DNA from: an uncultured virus (IMG/VR IMGVR_UViG_3300042549_004976)
Taxonomy: Duplodnaviria > Heunggongvirae > Uroviricota > Caudoviricetes
DNA length: 61,711 nt
Virus record (IMG/VR): IMGVR_UViG_3300042549_004976
Direction: 5' to 3' (one strand)
Both the position numbers and the translations under genes were made by a program. Below are positions 49,865-59,045 of the stretch, piece by piece (the stretch's first letter is position 1; each line of letters begins with the position of its first letter). Below the pieces are notes generated by a model. That model saw nothing but the letters and a program-made list of their open reading frames with translations, made no database searches and was not told the origin of the DNA.

Positions 49865-50404
49865 CTATTTCTTCTTTCGTGGTCGAATCCCGAATGTTAA
49901 CCGCTTACGCATCGAGAGTTTTCGTTTTCTGTTTGCCTGTCCTCGTTTTGATCTAGCCTTTCGCGCAGATCGTTTGGAACGGAACTTTATTTTTCGCAAC
50001 TGGCTTACATTGCGGCGAACACAGGTACGCTCTCCGCGTTTCATGAATCCTGGTCCGCACTTAAACAGGATTCGTTTCTTGCCCTTGCGAACCACAATCT
50101 TGCGCTTCGCAGCAACCTCGTTCAGAATTTCGCTTTCAATGTCAACTGATTCTTCTATGTCTTCGGAGTCATCGTCTTCAATAGTGATCTCGGCTTCTTC
50201 CACGGGATCAAGAATGTAAATAACACCGTCCTTCTCTTCCCACTCAACATCATTATCTTCTAGATACGCAACCACATCTTCATGTGATAAGTTTGGCATA
50301 TCAAGCACAATCTTTTCCTCTGTGAGTTCGGCATCGAACTCTTCGAAGATGATTCGCTGTAGTGAGCAAAAAGCGTGGTCGCGTAAGTCTTTGAATGGTT
50401 TCAT
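49865..50404 (-). CDS. Putative prohead core protein (acidic N-half, very basic C-half)
   Basis: Acidic region ending ILNE, then RKIVVRKG..KCGPG..C..RKxSMRKR. Confidence 0.5.
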   Translation of the reverse strand: MKPFKDLRDHAFCSLQRIIFEEFDAELTEEKIVLDMPNLSHEDVVAYLEDNDVEWEEKDGVIYILDPVEEAEITIEDDDSEDIEESVDIESEILNEVAAKRKIVVRKGKKRILFKCGPGFMKRGERTCVRRNVSQLRKIKFRSKRSARKARSKRGQANRKRKLSMRKRLTFGIRPRKKK

Positions 50405-51630
50405 ATCTGTATGCCTATTCTATCGGATGCGCGTGTGTATCCGTTTTTGCTGCGAAGAAAAACTTTAGACTTTACTTCTTCGGGAGTGTCACCAATGAGA
50501 TCGAATTCGGGAACTCCTGTATTATCTAGGGAAAACTTAATGTAGTAAACCTGTTCGTCTACAGCATCACGAAACAGTTTGGTGAAATCAAGTTTGGGAG
50601 TTTTTGAAAGATTTCCAATGGCTTTTTCACACTCGTACATTATTTCATTTGCTGTGGGAGACTTCTTTTTCTTTAGGTACTCGTTTCCCGAAATGAATGT
50701 GGCAAATAGACTCTTGTTGTACGCCGTGGAACTAGATCCCTTCGCCTTTGCAATAAAGTCATCTGCGGCTTTTTGTGTAATGCCACCAAACTCCTTGAAG
50801 CCTTTTCCTGTGAGATATGCTGCAACAAGTATTGGTCCGTAAAGAATACTTGCACCCGACAAAATTTCAAGCACTTTGTATTGTACGGTTCGTTGCCATT
50901 TTGTTTTCTTGGCAGGGGTCTTGTTCAGGAGATTGATGATGTCTCCAGGCTTTACAACATTGGAAGTGGTTCCTGACTTGGCGGAAATGATATAACGCCG
51001 ATTCTTGGTGGTGTCTATCACCGAATAGTCCATTAGCGGTTCATTTGGACGAGCAGGAATGAAAACTGCTGTATTGCTTTCATTGAGTCCTTTAATGAGT
51101 TTATTACTCAACACTCCGAAAGGACCAGCCACCTCACCAAAGTCTTTCACGATGTCTGCCACAGGAACAGTCTTTGCAGAACTGTAAAATTTCTTTAAGT
51201 GTACTTTATTCTTTTCGGTTGGATCATCACAGTAGTCGATAAGCGCAGACAGATACGCCCGTACACTACTAGTCAAGTCTTTGCGTTCCTCAATGCTTTC
51301 ACGAATTAGTTTAGCGTAATTCTTGAAAGTATATTCTGTATCCTTAACACCGAAAGCCTGTGGCTTCAGGCTTGCAGCAGTGCTTGAGCGAACACCTGGC
51401 TTGGCAATCTTGTCGAACTCAACACGAACTATCTTTCTACCAACAAGAACGGGTGGATGCTTATCAAATGCTTTTGATGTGATAAAGACAATCTCGGTTC
51501 CTGCGTCAAGATTCCCGACTGGCTGATTTGTTTTAAAATCAAATACCTTTGAAGCCTTCTTTAAAACTGAAGGAATATCCTTCCCTGTATTAAAGTACTT
51601 GCTCCAAGCAGCCGTGCCTGTTGTTGCCAT
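50401..51630 (-). CDS. Hypothetical protein, possible PD-(D/E)XK endonuclease
   Basis: FGEV..PNEPLMDY..IISAKS pattern. Confidence 0.4.
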   Translation of the reverse strand: MATTGTAAWSKYFNTGKDIPSVLKKASKVFDFKTNQPVGNLDAGTEIVFITSKAFDKHPPVLVGRKIVRVEFDKIAKPGVRSSTAASLKPQAFGVKDTEYTFKNYAKLIRESIEERKDLTSSVRAYLSALIDYCDDPTEKNKVHLKKFYSSAKTVPVADIVKDFGEVAGPFGVLSNKLIKGLNESNTAVFIPARPNEPLMDYSVIDTTKNRRYIISAKSGTTSNVVKPGDIINLLNKTPAKKTKWQRTVQYKVLEILSGASILYGPILVAAYLTGKGFKEFGGITQKAADDFIAKAKGSSSTAYNKSLFATFISGNEYLKKKKSPTANEIMYECEKAIGNLSKTPKLDFTKLFRDAVDEQVYYIKFSLDNTGVPEFDLIGDTPEEVKSKVFLRSKNGYTRASDRIGIQI

Positions 51631-51640
51631 GAATTACTCC

Positions 51641-53968
51641 TCACTTCTTTGCTTGGGCATCCGTCTTCTTGTTCATAGTTTCGCGTTGCTTTACATCAAC
51701 CTTCCACAAATCCCAATCAGATAGTTTTCGATTTTGTGGCATCTTGGATTCCGTTTCAGTAATGCAGATCATACCAACATCGGTAAAGTCCGCAGACTCC
51801 CAAATCATATCATTGCCACGATCAAGCACCATGCGGCGGGTCTTTTTATTTATGATCTGCAAGCCAGTACCTGCAACATTCAGTTCTACTTGATTAGCAC
51901 CCATCATAAACACAACGGATCCCATTACGCGAGTCTTCTTGATCTTGACAGAAGTTTCCTTGCCGTCCTTCTTGCCGTAAATTTCAAAGGTTGTTCCCTC
52001 TGGCTTCTTGTTTGCAAGTGCAACTAGATCAGCAGCAGTCTTTTCGTTCTTCGCGATTGTGTTTCCTGCAACAGCATCACGAGTTACCTGTGATGCAACG
52101 CTTGCAATCTGTTTGCCGTGTGAATCTGAGCGGTTGGTTCCTCTACCAATACGAGCACCCACACCAAATGTATCGGGAGCGTCTCCCTCGATCTTTGGCT
52201 TCTTCATCTTTGGCTTTGCCGCAGCCTCGGAAAGACTATCGTGGTACGCATTGAAACTTGTCATTACCGCACTCACGCTTTGATTCTCGCGTCCCATCAA
52301 TTTGGAAACCTTGTGCTTCTTGAGGATCTGCTTGATCTTGGCTTCCTGTTGGGCAGGAGTCATACTGTTCTCTGCCTCTAGATTCATTACCTTCTTCAAG
52401 TCTTCAATCGCCCCATCAGGAAGAGCGTAGATCCAGTCTTCAAGAGCAGCCTTCATGCCACCTTCATTCAACTTTACAGAAACAGATTCGTGAAGTGATT
52501 GTGTGATACGACTGATACGACCGCTTCCGAACTTGCTCATGTGATATCCTTCTGTCTTTGCCTTGGGCTTTTCTTTGATTGCTTCACCACCACGGGTCTG
52601 ACTCATCAGCCCCACACTCTTCTGAAATCCATTAGAGAACTTAATCATGTCTTCCACAGCAACAGGCTTACCACCTTTAGTAATGGTTCGCGTCTTCATC
52701 GTGGTGTTTGCACCGCTTCCGTTTGCAATATCCATTGCACACTGTGCAGCCCAACGGTGGTGTCCGTCAATAACATAACCGTCACTCACATAAATTGGTT
52801 CAAGAAGGCGCGATGCTGCTTTGCCGTAGTTCGTGGGATCCGCTGCGGCAGCAGCAAGAGTTCCGTACATTCCTGCAACCTTCTCACCTTTCAATTGACC
52901 TTGAATTGGTTTTAGTGAAGTCACATCTACTTCTTCTTCCTTTACCTCGTATCCCGAATCTTCAAGAGCCTTACGGTACTCTTTTTCCATATTGATTTCA
53001 CTCTTCAAGTCTTCGGGTGTTACTTGATCAGGAGTAGTGTACCCCTTGCTTGCCATGAGAGCCTTGTACGCAACCGATTCGGTATTCTTCGGATCAACCT
53101 GTGAAGAAAACTGTGGCATCTCTTCGCGAGGAATACCCTTGGTGACTTTTTCCTTTGTCTTTGCGTCAAAGCAGAATCCAATATGTGAGAATACTTCCGA
53201 GCACAATTCAAAATCGTATGCAGTTTGTCCACGCATTGCCGATAGAGCAGCGTGGTTCAGTTCATCAATAAAGTCGCGTTCTGCTTGTGCATCACCGAAT
53301 ACAGATTCCGAATCATCCTTTGGACCAGCAAGTTCTTTTTGGTGAATGGCTTTTGCAACCACATTGGCTTTACGAATGTCTGGCTTTGCAGCAGCCTTCT
53401 CCGTAGCCTTTGCGTCTTTTGCGAATGCGCCGTCCATTTTTGTGGTTGGATTCTTTGTGCCAACATTACTTAGTTGCGCTGTTTCGGCATCTAGTGCTTT
53501 CGGCGGTTCGTTTGTTTGGCTACTTTGCGGTTGTGCTTGATACTTCGGATCAGCGGTTGTCGCTTTCGCTTGGGTGGCGGGAGTTCCTCGTCCATTGGGT
53601 TCGGCTGCTGCTGTGGGTTTTCCTGCATTCGACTTTGGTGCTCCTGTTGCTGAAGGCTTTTGTTCGAATCCGTCCTTGTCCAATTCTACAGACTGTGAAG
53701 TATCTCCTGGTTTGTCTACTCGTCCTGCGGGTGCAGACTTACCTGCAATCCACGCCTTGGCTGTTTCATCTGAATCAAAGTAATCAGTAACTCCGTCTTT
53801 GTTCTTGGCTCCCCATGCTCCGCTTGCTGTTTGCCATGTTTTACCCTTCTCGCGTCCACCTAAAACCCCGCCGAGTTTCTTCTCTGCGGATTTCACTGGC
53901 TTTACGGCTGTCTGAACTTCAAGAATAACTGAGTGCAGACTTTTATATGGTTCAATGTCCATGTTCAA
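51641..53968 (-). CDS. Mosaic protein with ParB/Srx-like domain
   Basis: LKPIQ..PIYVSDGYVIDGHHRWAA; N-terminal WGAKN module. Confidence 0.65.
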   Translation of the reverse strand: MNMDIEPYKSLHSVILEVQTAVKPVKSAEKKLGGVLGGREKGKTWQTASGAWGAKNKDGVTDYFDSDETAKAWIAGKSAPAGRVDKPGDTSQSVELDKDGFEQKPSATGAPKSNAGKPTAAAEPNGRGTPATQAKATTADPKYQAQPQSSQTNEPPKALDAETAQLSNVGTKNPTTKMDGAFAKDAKATEKAAAKPDIRKANVVAKAIHQKELAGPKDDSESVFGDAQAERDFIDELNHAALSAMRGQTAYDFELCSEVFSHIGFCFDAKTKEKVTKGIPREEMPQFSSQVDPKNTESVAYKALMASKGYTTPDQVTPEDLKSEINMEKEYRKALEDSGYEVKEEEVDVTSLKPIQGQLKGEKVAGMYGTLAAAAADPTNYGKAASRLLEPIYVSDGYVIDGHHRWAAQCAMDIANGSGANTTMKTRTITKGGKPVAVEDMIKFSNGFQKSVGLMSQTRGGEAIKEKPKAKTEGYHMSKFGSGRISRITQSLHESVSVKLNEGGMKAALEDWIYALPDGAIEDLKKVMNLEAENSMTPAQQEAKIKQILKKHKVSKLMGRENQSVSAVMTSFNAYHDSLSEAAAKPKMKKPKIEGDAPDTFGVGARIGRGTNRSDSHGKQIASVASQVTRDAVAGNTIAKNEKTAADLVALANKKPEGTTFEIYGKKDGKETSVKIKKTRVMGSVVFMMGANQVELNVAGTGLQIINKKTRRMVLDRGNDMIWESADFTDVGMICITETESKMPQNRKLSDWDLWKVDVKQRETMNKKTDAQAKK

Positions 53969-53996
53969 ACTCCAAGAGAAGAAAGTCTAAAATTAA

Positions 53997-54040
53997 AAGG
54001 GGAAGTTGGTGGTGTATTCCACCTTTCCAACTCCCCCTCT
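53997..54040 (-). terminator. Probable Rho-independent terminator
   Basis: Minus strand GGGGAGTTGG...CCAACTTCCCC followed by TTTT. Confidence 0.6.
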
Positions 54041-54064
54041 ATTGTGTCAATCCAAGTCAAACTA

Positions 54065-54790
54065 TTAGGAAACAGTCCAAGTACCACTACCACCCGCTGG
54101 AGAGGTGTAGTAGATGGCTGCGGTGAATCCGTTATTCACCCGCGTTCCTCGTGCATATCCTTCAAAAGTACTTCCTGCAATACCCGAAGTACCGCGAGTC
54201 ACACCAACGGTAGTGACATCGAATGCTGCACCTGTGGCGTAAGTACTAGCCACGGTTCCGTTCACACGGAAAGCGGCTGTTCCGCCAGCGGCAGCAGAGG
54301 TTGCTCCACCTGCGGCTACAACATAGAATGCATCCGAGAACACGATTCGATCATTAGGCTGTACGCTGATTGGTCCACGCGCAGTGAAAGTGTTTCCTGT
54401 GGTGTACGAAAGAGCAAGAGTAACACCTGATGCCATTGTTGCTCGATAGTCTGCACCGTTACGAACAAACTTCTTCAGATAGATACCAACCGTTTGTCCT
54501 TCAAGCGCACCAAGAACAATGCCGTTTGCCATTGTTTCGCCACGAGGATTCTGAAGTGCAGCACGCATTCCTGTTGCGTAGGACGGCAGAACCGTTCCAA
54601 ACGGAGGAAATCCTGCGCCTGTGGTCAGACCCGTGATGCCGAAACCCAGTTTTCTGGCGTAGTTCTCAAGCATCTTCGCGCCTGTGGTTCCTGCGGCACC
54701 AGTTAAACCATGCGATGTGAATAGATGTGCTAATTGGTTGCCGAGTTTATTCGCCTTGGCGAGTTCGACTGAATCTGCTGTGAATGCCAT
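54065..54790 (-). CDS. Putative virion structural protein (Gly/Thr/Ala-rich)
   Basis: Own CTAAATA promoter (54829-54835), AGGAG RBS and terminator. Confidence 0.5.
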   Translation of the reverse strand: MAFTADSVELAKANKLGNQLAHLFTSHGLTGAAGTTGAKMLENYARKLGFGITGLTTGAGFPPFGTVLPSYATGMRAALQNPRGETMANGIVLGALEGQTVGIYLKKFVRNGADYRATMASGVTLALSYTTGNTFTARGPISVQPNDRIVFSDAFYVVAAGGATSAAAGGTAAFRVNGTVASTYATGAAFDVTTVGVTRGTSGIAGSTFEGYARGTRVNNGFTAAIYYTSPAGGSGTWTVS

Positions 54791-54874
54791 AAGAGGTTCT
54801 CCTTTGAGTGATTTTGGCTTGTCGCTATTATTTAGCATACGCGAAGCCTCGCCTCGCGCTAATAGGGTGAATAC

Positions 54875-55723
54875 CTATAGTGTTTTCGTGAACGCCTGTG
54901 CTGCTGAACGAGAATCAAAATATTGAACGGAGCCGCTCTCGTTCTTTGCTCCCCATTTTTTGTTTTCGGTACGCCATACGGTGCCCACAGGGAACTGCTG
55001 TCCTGCTGTTGCGGTTCGTCTTACTTCGGGTGGATCAATCTTGCCCTGTTTGCCACGGAGTGAAACGGTGGTGCGTACAATCTTTTGCAGTTGGCGGACA
55101 CGCTTCTCCTGCTCAGGAGTTCGTTTTACCCCTTGCAGTGCTTCTAGTTCCGCTTCTCCTGAGTCTCCAAGCCACACGCCGCTTTCCATGCCTGACTTGA
55201 ACCGCTGCATTCTAGTGGGAGTCATGACCTGTATATTCTTCATTGCTTCTGCGTCTTGCATGAGTCCACGCCAAATACTTTCTCCGCCAGCAGACTGTAC
55301 GCCACCCGTAACAATGGTGTACCCCTTCCCATTCAGGAACTTGTACAGGCTTTGGGCAAGAGAAAATCCAATTGCACTGCTGCGGTACTCTTTTCCTGCC
55401 GTAATCATTGTGACTCGCCATCCACTGCTTCCCGTCTTGCTGCTACGCTTCATTGTGAGTTCCACAGCCACCGTGTTCGTGGGGCGATGCACAACCAATA
55501 CAACTAGTTGAGGAGCCGCCGTAGTCTTGGACAAGAACACACTAAAATCGTTTCCGATTTGTCCAATGCGGCGAACAGCCTTCTTTGTAGACTTGCCTTC
55601 ATCCTTTGCGTCATCAGCAATATTCTTTAAGTGTTTACTTGCACGCAAGCCCACACTACCACCAGCCACTCGTGACACGAGTACTGATTCAATCTCATTT
55701 AATATTTGAGAGAATGATTTCAT
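54875..55723 (-). CDS. CTS-tagged protein with GNAT-like domain
   Basis: MKSFSQILNE; EYRSSAIG..SLYKFL..TIVTGGVQSAGGESIW. Confidence 0.55.
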   Translation of the reverse strand: MKSFSQILNEIESVLVSRVAGGSVGLRASKHLKNIADDAKDEGKSTKKAVRRIGQIGNDFSVFLSKTTAAPQLVVLVVHRPTNTVAVELTMKRSSKTGSSGWRVTMITAGKEYRSSAIGFSLAQSLYKFLNGKGYTIVTGGVQSAGGESIWRGLMQDAEAMKNIQVMTPTRMQRFKSGMESGVWLGDSGEAELEALQGVKRTPEQEKRVRQLQKIVRTTVSLRGKQGKIDPPEVRRTATAGQQFPVGTVWRTENKKWGAKNESGSVQYFDSRSAAQAFTKTL

Positions 55724-56229
55724 TTCTTTACCAGTGCGTACATCTGCACAAACTGATCGCTTGACTGATCCTTTAATCTATATCCGTGCTGTCCTGCAAA
55801 TCGCTTTATCATGGAATCGTACAGGCGAACGCGAGAATCATTTTTCTTTTTCTCTTTTGCTGCCGTAAAACGAATTACCTCTGGATCGTATTCTTCGATG
55901 AGTTGTTTCATAGCCGCAAGGGCTGTTGCGAATATTCGTCCTGTTTCGGATTTCATCTCCGCTTCCTGATCTGGTGGTGGCGAAGCCTCATCATCCACAG
56001 TGAATCCAAACACCCAACCCGCAATGGTGCCCTCGTCTCTTCGACGATCAGATTCACCGTATCGGATGGGGCGACCATACGCTTCAAACAAATGCGGCTT
56101 TCCGTCCACCAACCAGTTTCCGTACCACACCACACCACCATGATTCAGGTACAGCGGTGTCTTCACCATTGTTAATGGGATAGGAGTTGAGTTGAAGATT
56201 TCTTGAAGATGCTGTCGAAATGCTTTCAT
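55720..56229 (-). CDS. CTS-tagged paralog A
   Basis: MKAFRQHLQE; RIFAT..FTA.K..SRVRLYDSMIKRFA..GY. Confidence 0.6.
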   Translation of the reverse strand: MKAFRQHLQEIFNSTPIPLTMVKTPLYLNHGGVVWYGNWLVDGKPHLFEAYGRPIRYGESDRRRDEGTIAGWVFGFTVDDEASPPPDQEAEMKSETGRIFATALAAMKQLIEEYDPEVIRFTAAKEKKKNDSRVRLYDSMIKRFAGQHGYRLKDQSSDQFVQMYALVKK

Positions 56230-57452
56230 AGTGACTGCCTCTTGACTTTACCGTGAAGTTGACGATCATATCTATTGGCGCGGTAGTCCATTGGAACATC
56301 AACTTCTTTGTTTGCGTTACGGTCGTACTGTGTACGCACTCCTCCAACCACAACGGAAAGAATAAGATTTTCTATGAATGCGGTATCACCCAATATAATC
56401 TTGGGTAGTTCTTCTTTTGCCTTTACCGATCCAATGTAGCCCATGAGCATCCAACCTTCAGTTGTTTGAATGCGAACACGCCAACGCCAAACCTTTGCAC
56501 TGTCTTTCCAATACGGAGAGTCTTTGGACGAACTAGGTGTGTAGTTTTTACCGTCTATGCGAACTGTTTTGGGAGCATTGAAATTCTTCATGGACTTTAC
56601 AGGCACACCGTACACAGGATACAACTCTACAATCTTTCCACTAATATTAAATGGACGAGCGTAGTACTCCTTCTTTGGACGCGGAATGTCGCCGTGCTCC
56701 ACTCCTTCGCTCATGCCCCGCCTCCACTTGTTGTTGTCTTTGGAGCGATTGGTTGCGCGAGTCACGAGTCGAATGTTCTTCTTGCCGTTGTTCAGCGCGT
56801 TGCCGTCCTTGTGGTCAATCTCGCGTCCATCGGTGCTTTTTCCTTCGCGTCCCATCTTGCGAAGAATACGCTTGCGCGATGTTTTCTTTTTCATTGCAAT
56901 GCGCTGCTTGGGCGTGGGGTTTGCACCACCGTACATCTTGGCGTACTCTGCTTTGTAGTCGCGGTCTTCTGCAAGTTTAGCCGTGGTCACGGTTCGCTGT
57001 TCAGCACGGCGGCGACCGTAAACTTCGGTGTTTGCAATCTTGTACCCGTACTGCTTGCCGAAACGGCGCATCAGTGCACTGTACACCGCATCGCGCTTGC
57101 CTTCGGAGGTCTTGGATATCATGTCTAACTGTTTGGGTAATTGATTAAATGTTTCCATGTGCCACTTCAAGAACATCTGCACCGCTTCCACAACTGTAGC
57201 CAGTATGCGATACGGCTTTCCTGCGTGTGTGAGTTCGTGTGAGCCATCCAAGGTGAAATTGATTTCCCACCCTTGGTTAATCTTTGTGATATCAATGTTC
57301 AAATACTGTGGTATTCCCAAATACGGGTCAGCATCGGTTTGTGCTTGGTATGTGATTTCAATTACACTGCTCTGCCATCCAATACGCTTTAGTTCACGCA
57401 CAGAGAAAGGCTTATCGAATAGTTCGGTAAGGTAGGAGCGGAAGTCAATCAC
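56226..57452 (-). CDS. CTS-tagged three-module protein (paralog domain + HNH + unknown)
   Basis: MIDFRSYLTE; RILATV..RDAVYSALMRRFG..YGY; EIDHKDGNALNN..NIRL..NRS. Confidence 0.62.
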   Translation of the reverse strand: MIDFRSYLTELFDKPFSVRELKRIGWQSSVIEITYQAQTDADPYLGIPQYLNIDITKINQGWEINFTLDGSHELTHAGKPYRILATVVEAVQMFLKWHMETFNQLPKQLDMISKTSEGKRDAVYSALMRRFGKQYGYKIANTEVYGRRRAEQRTVTTAKLAEDRDYKAEYAKMYGGANPTPKQRIAMKKKTSRKRILRKMGREGKSTDGREIDHKDGNALNNGKKNIRLVTRATNRSKDNNKWRRGMSEGVEHGDIPRPKKEYYARPFNISGKIVELYPVYGVPVKSMKNFNAPKTVRIDGKNYTPSSSKDSPYWKDSAKVWRWRVRIQTTEGWMLMGYIGSVKAKEELPKIILGDTAFIENLILSVVVGGVRTQYDRNANKEVDVPMDYRANRYDRQLHGKVKRQSL

Positions 57453-57928
57453 GCTGCACCTCGCTTTGGCTTTATGCGTTCAAGCACAAACATATTTTCG
57501 AAATAGTCTTCTTCGTTCTTAATCAACTTGTATCCGTACTGTGGAGCAAACCGCTTGATCATTGCCGTGTACACACGGGATCTTGATGTGGGTCTGTCCT
57601 GCTGAAGAGTTCGGTCAAAGTCTTGTTTGCTTGCAGTAAATTTAAAGTACTTTGGGCGATCACTTTTTTTCTCCATGAACCGCTTGAACGCATCCATTAC
57701 TGATGCAAATACTCTTGCGCCATCGCCTTCGGCACGAATGCCTGTGTCTCCGTCCACATCAAAGGAAACTATTATAGTTTCTTCGGTGGGATACCTGTTA
57801 AAGAGTACTTCAAGTATTCCACCCTTTGCACCCGTATAGGAGTACCTCTTGCTTGATACGCCAGCCTCTTTCACAAAGGTGAACGGCTCATCAAAGAGTT
57901 CGGTGATGTAGGAGCGAAATGCTTTCAT
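57449..57928 (-). CDS. CTS-tagged paralog B
   Basis: MKAFRSYITE; GEGD-like GDGARVFASVMDAF..SRSRVYTAMIKRFAPQYGY. Confidence 0.62.
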   Translation of the reverse strand: MKAFRSYITELFDEPFTFVKEAGVSSKRYSYTGAKGGILEVLFNRYPTEETIIVSFDVDGDTGIRAEGDGARVFASVMDAFKRFMEKKSDRPKYFKFTASKQDFDRTLQQDRPTSRSRVYTAMIKRFAPQYGYKLIKNEEDYFENMFVLERIKPKRGAA

Positions 57929-57930
57929 GG

Positions 57931-58431
57931 TTACTCAGAGAATGCAGGAGAATACTGGTCGCCCAAACCTTTTTTACGAACAATAAAAATCATTACCTTT
58001 TTTCTTTCGTTTGACGAACTCAACTCGTATCCGTATTTAGGGGCAAACCGTTTAATCATTGCGGAGTACACACGCGCTCTTGATGTGGGACGGGTTTCCA
58101 TGCTAACACTATCCCAGTCTTCTTTGTTTGCACTAAACTCAAAGTAGTCAGGCTGATTCTTTTTCAAGAACCGCCCAAACGCGTCCATTACTGATGCAAA
58201 TATTCTTGGGGCATCGCCTTCACCACGAACAGCAATAGATCCACCCACATCAAAGTCCACATACACAGAGTCGCCTTGATTGCTGAAGTTTACTTCAAGA
58301 GGTCCACCCTCTGCGCCTTTGTACTCGTAGGTCATTGTTCCTGGCTTTTGCCAGTTTTTATCTGCTGTGGTTTTGACTAGCCTGAACGGCTTGTCAAACA
58401 TTTCGCGGAGGTGCTGGCGGAATGAATTCAT
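57931..58431 (-). CDS. CTS-tagged paralog C
   Basis: MNSFRQHLRE; GDAPRIFASVMDAF..SRARVYSAMIKRFAPKYGY. Confidence 0.62.
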   Translation of the reverse strand: MNSFRQHLREMFDKPFRLVKTTADKNWQKPGTMTYEYKGAEGGPLEVNFSNQGDSVYVDFDVGGSIAVRGEGDAPRIFASVMDAFGRFLKKNQPDYFEFSANKEDWDSVSMETRPTSRARVYSAMIKRFAPKYGYELSSSNERKKVMIFIVRKKGLGDQYSPAFSE

Positions 58432-59000
58432 ATCACGCCTTCCACATCATTGTCAACCACGGTGTAGCCTGGGAACATACGCGCAAGGTTGTTCATCACG
58501 CGGTTCTTGCCCCGTTGAAGCGCACGATCACGCAGCAGATTCTCGCCTGTTGCGGCAGAGATAATGGAAACAGTTTTACGAAAGCGATCCACGCGTCCTT
58601 GGTAGTCTGTCATGCCGCTGTAGTTGGGTGCCTTCTTCGCAGCAGCAAGGTATTCAGGAATGTCACCGTGAATCACATCCTGCGCGGTTTCGCTTGGCGG
58701 AATTTCGTACACCACAATCTTGCCACCGTCCCACCACCACAGCAGCGGCAAGTACGAGCGCAGAGTCTTTACATCACTTGTGGGTGGAAGCCCCCACTTC
58801 TCAAGCCAACGCGCATTGGGGTTGTCGTGCCCTGTATCCGTGTACGATGCGTACTGTTTGCCGTCATAGGTGGTTTCGCCACGCAACCGCTGGAGCGTCT
58901 TGGCAGCAATAGTCTTGTAGCCCTTGGGCTTGCGGACACCCTTCACGGCTTTGGTGGCAGAGATCACGGCTTCGCGAAGATGTTGACGGAATGTATGCAT
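58428..59000 (-). CDS. CTS-tagged hypothetical protein
   Basis: MHTFRQHLRE; CTAAATA 5 nt upstream of ATG. Confidence 0.58.
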   Translation of the reverse strand: MHTFRQHLREAVISATKAVKGVRKPKGYKTIAAKTLQRLRGETTYDGKQYASYTDTGHDNPNARWLEKWGLPPTSDVKTLRSYLPLLWWWDGGKIVVYEIPPSETAQDVIHGDIPEYLAAAKKAPNYSGMTDYQGRVDRFRKTVSIISAATGENLLRDRALQRGKNRVMNNLARMFPGYTVVDNDVEGVI

Positions 59001-59013
59001 CTCCATATTTAGC

Positions 59014-59038
59014 AAAAGAAAAACCCCCTTGCGGGGGC
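59014..59038 (-). terminator. Rho-independent terminator
   Basis: Minus strand CCCCC-GCAA-GGGGG followed by TTTTTCTTTT. Confidence 0.8.
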
Positions 59039-59045
59039 TAATCGT

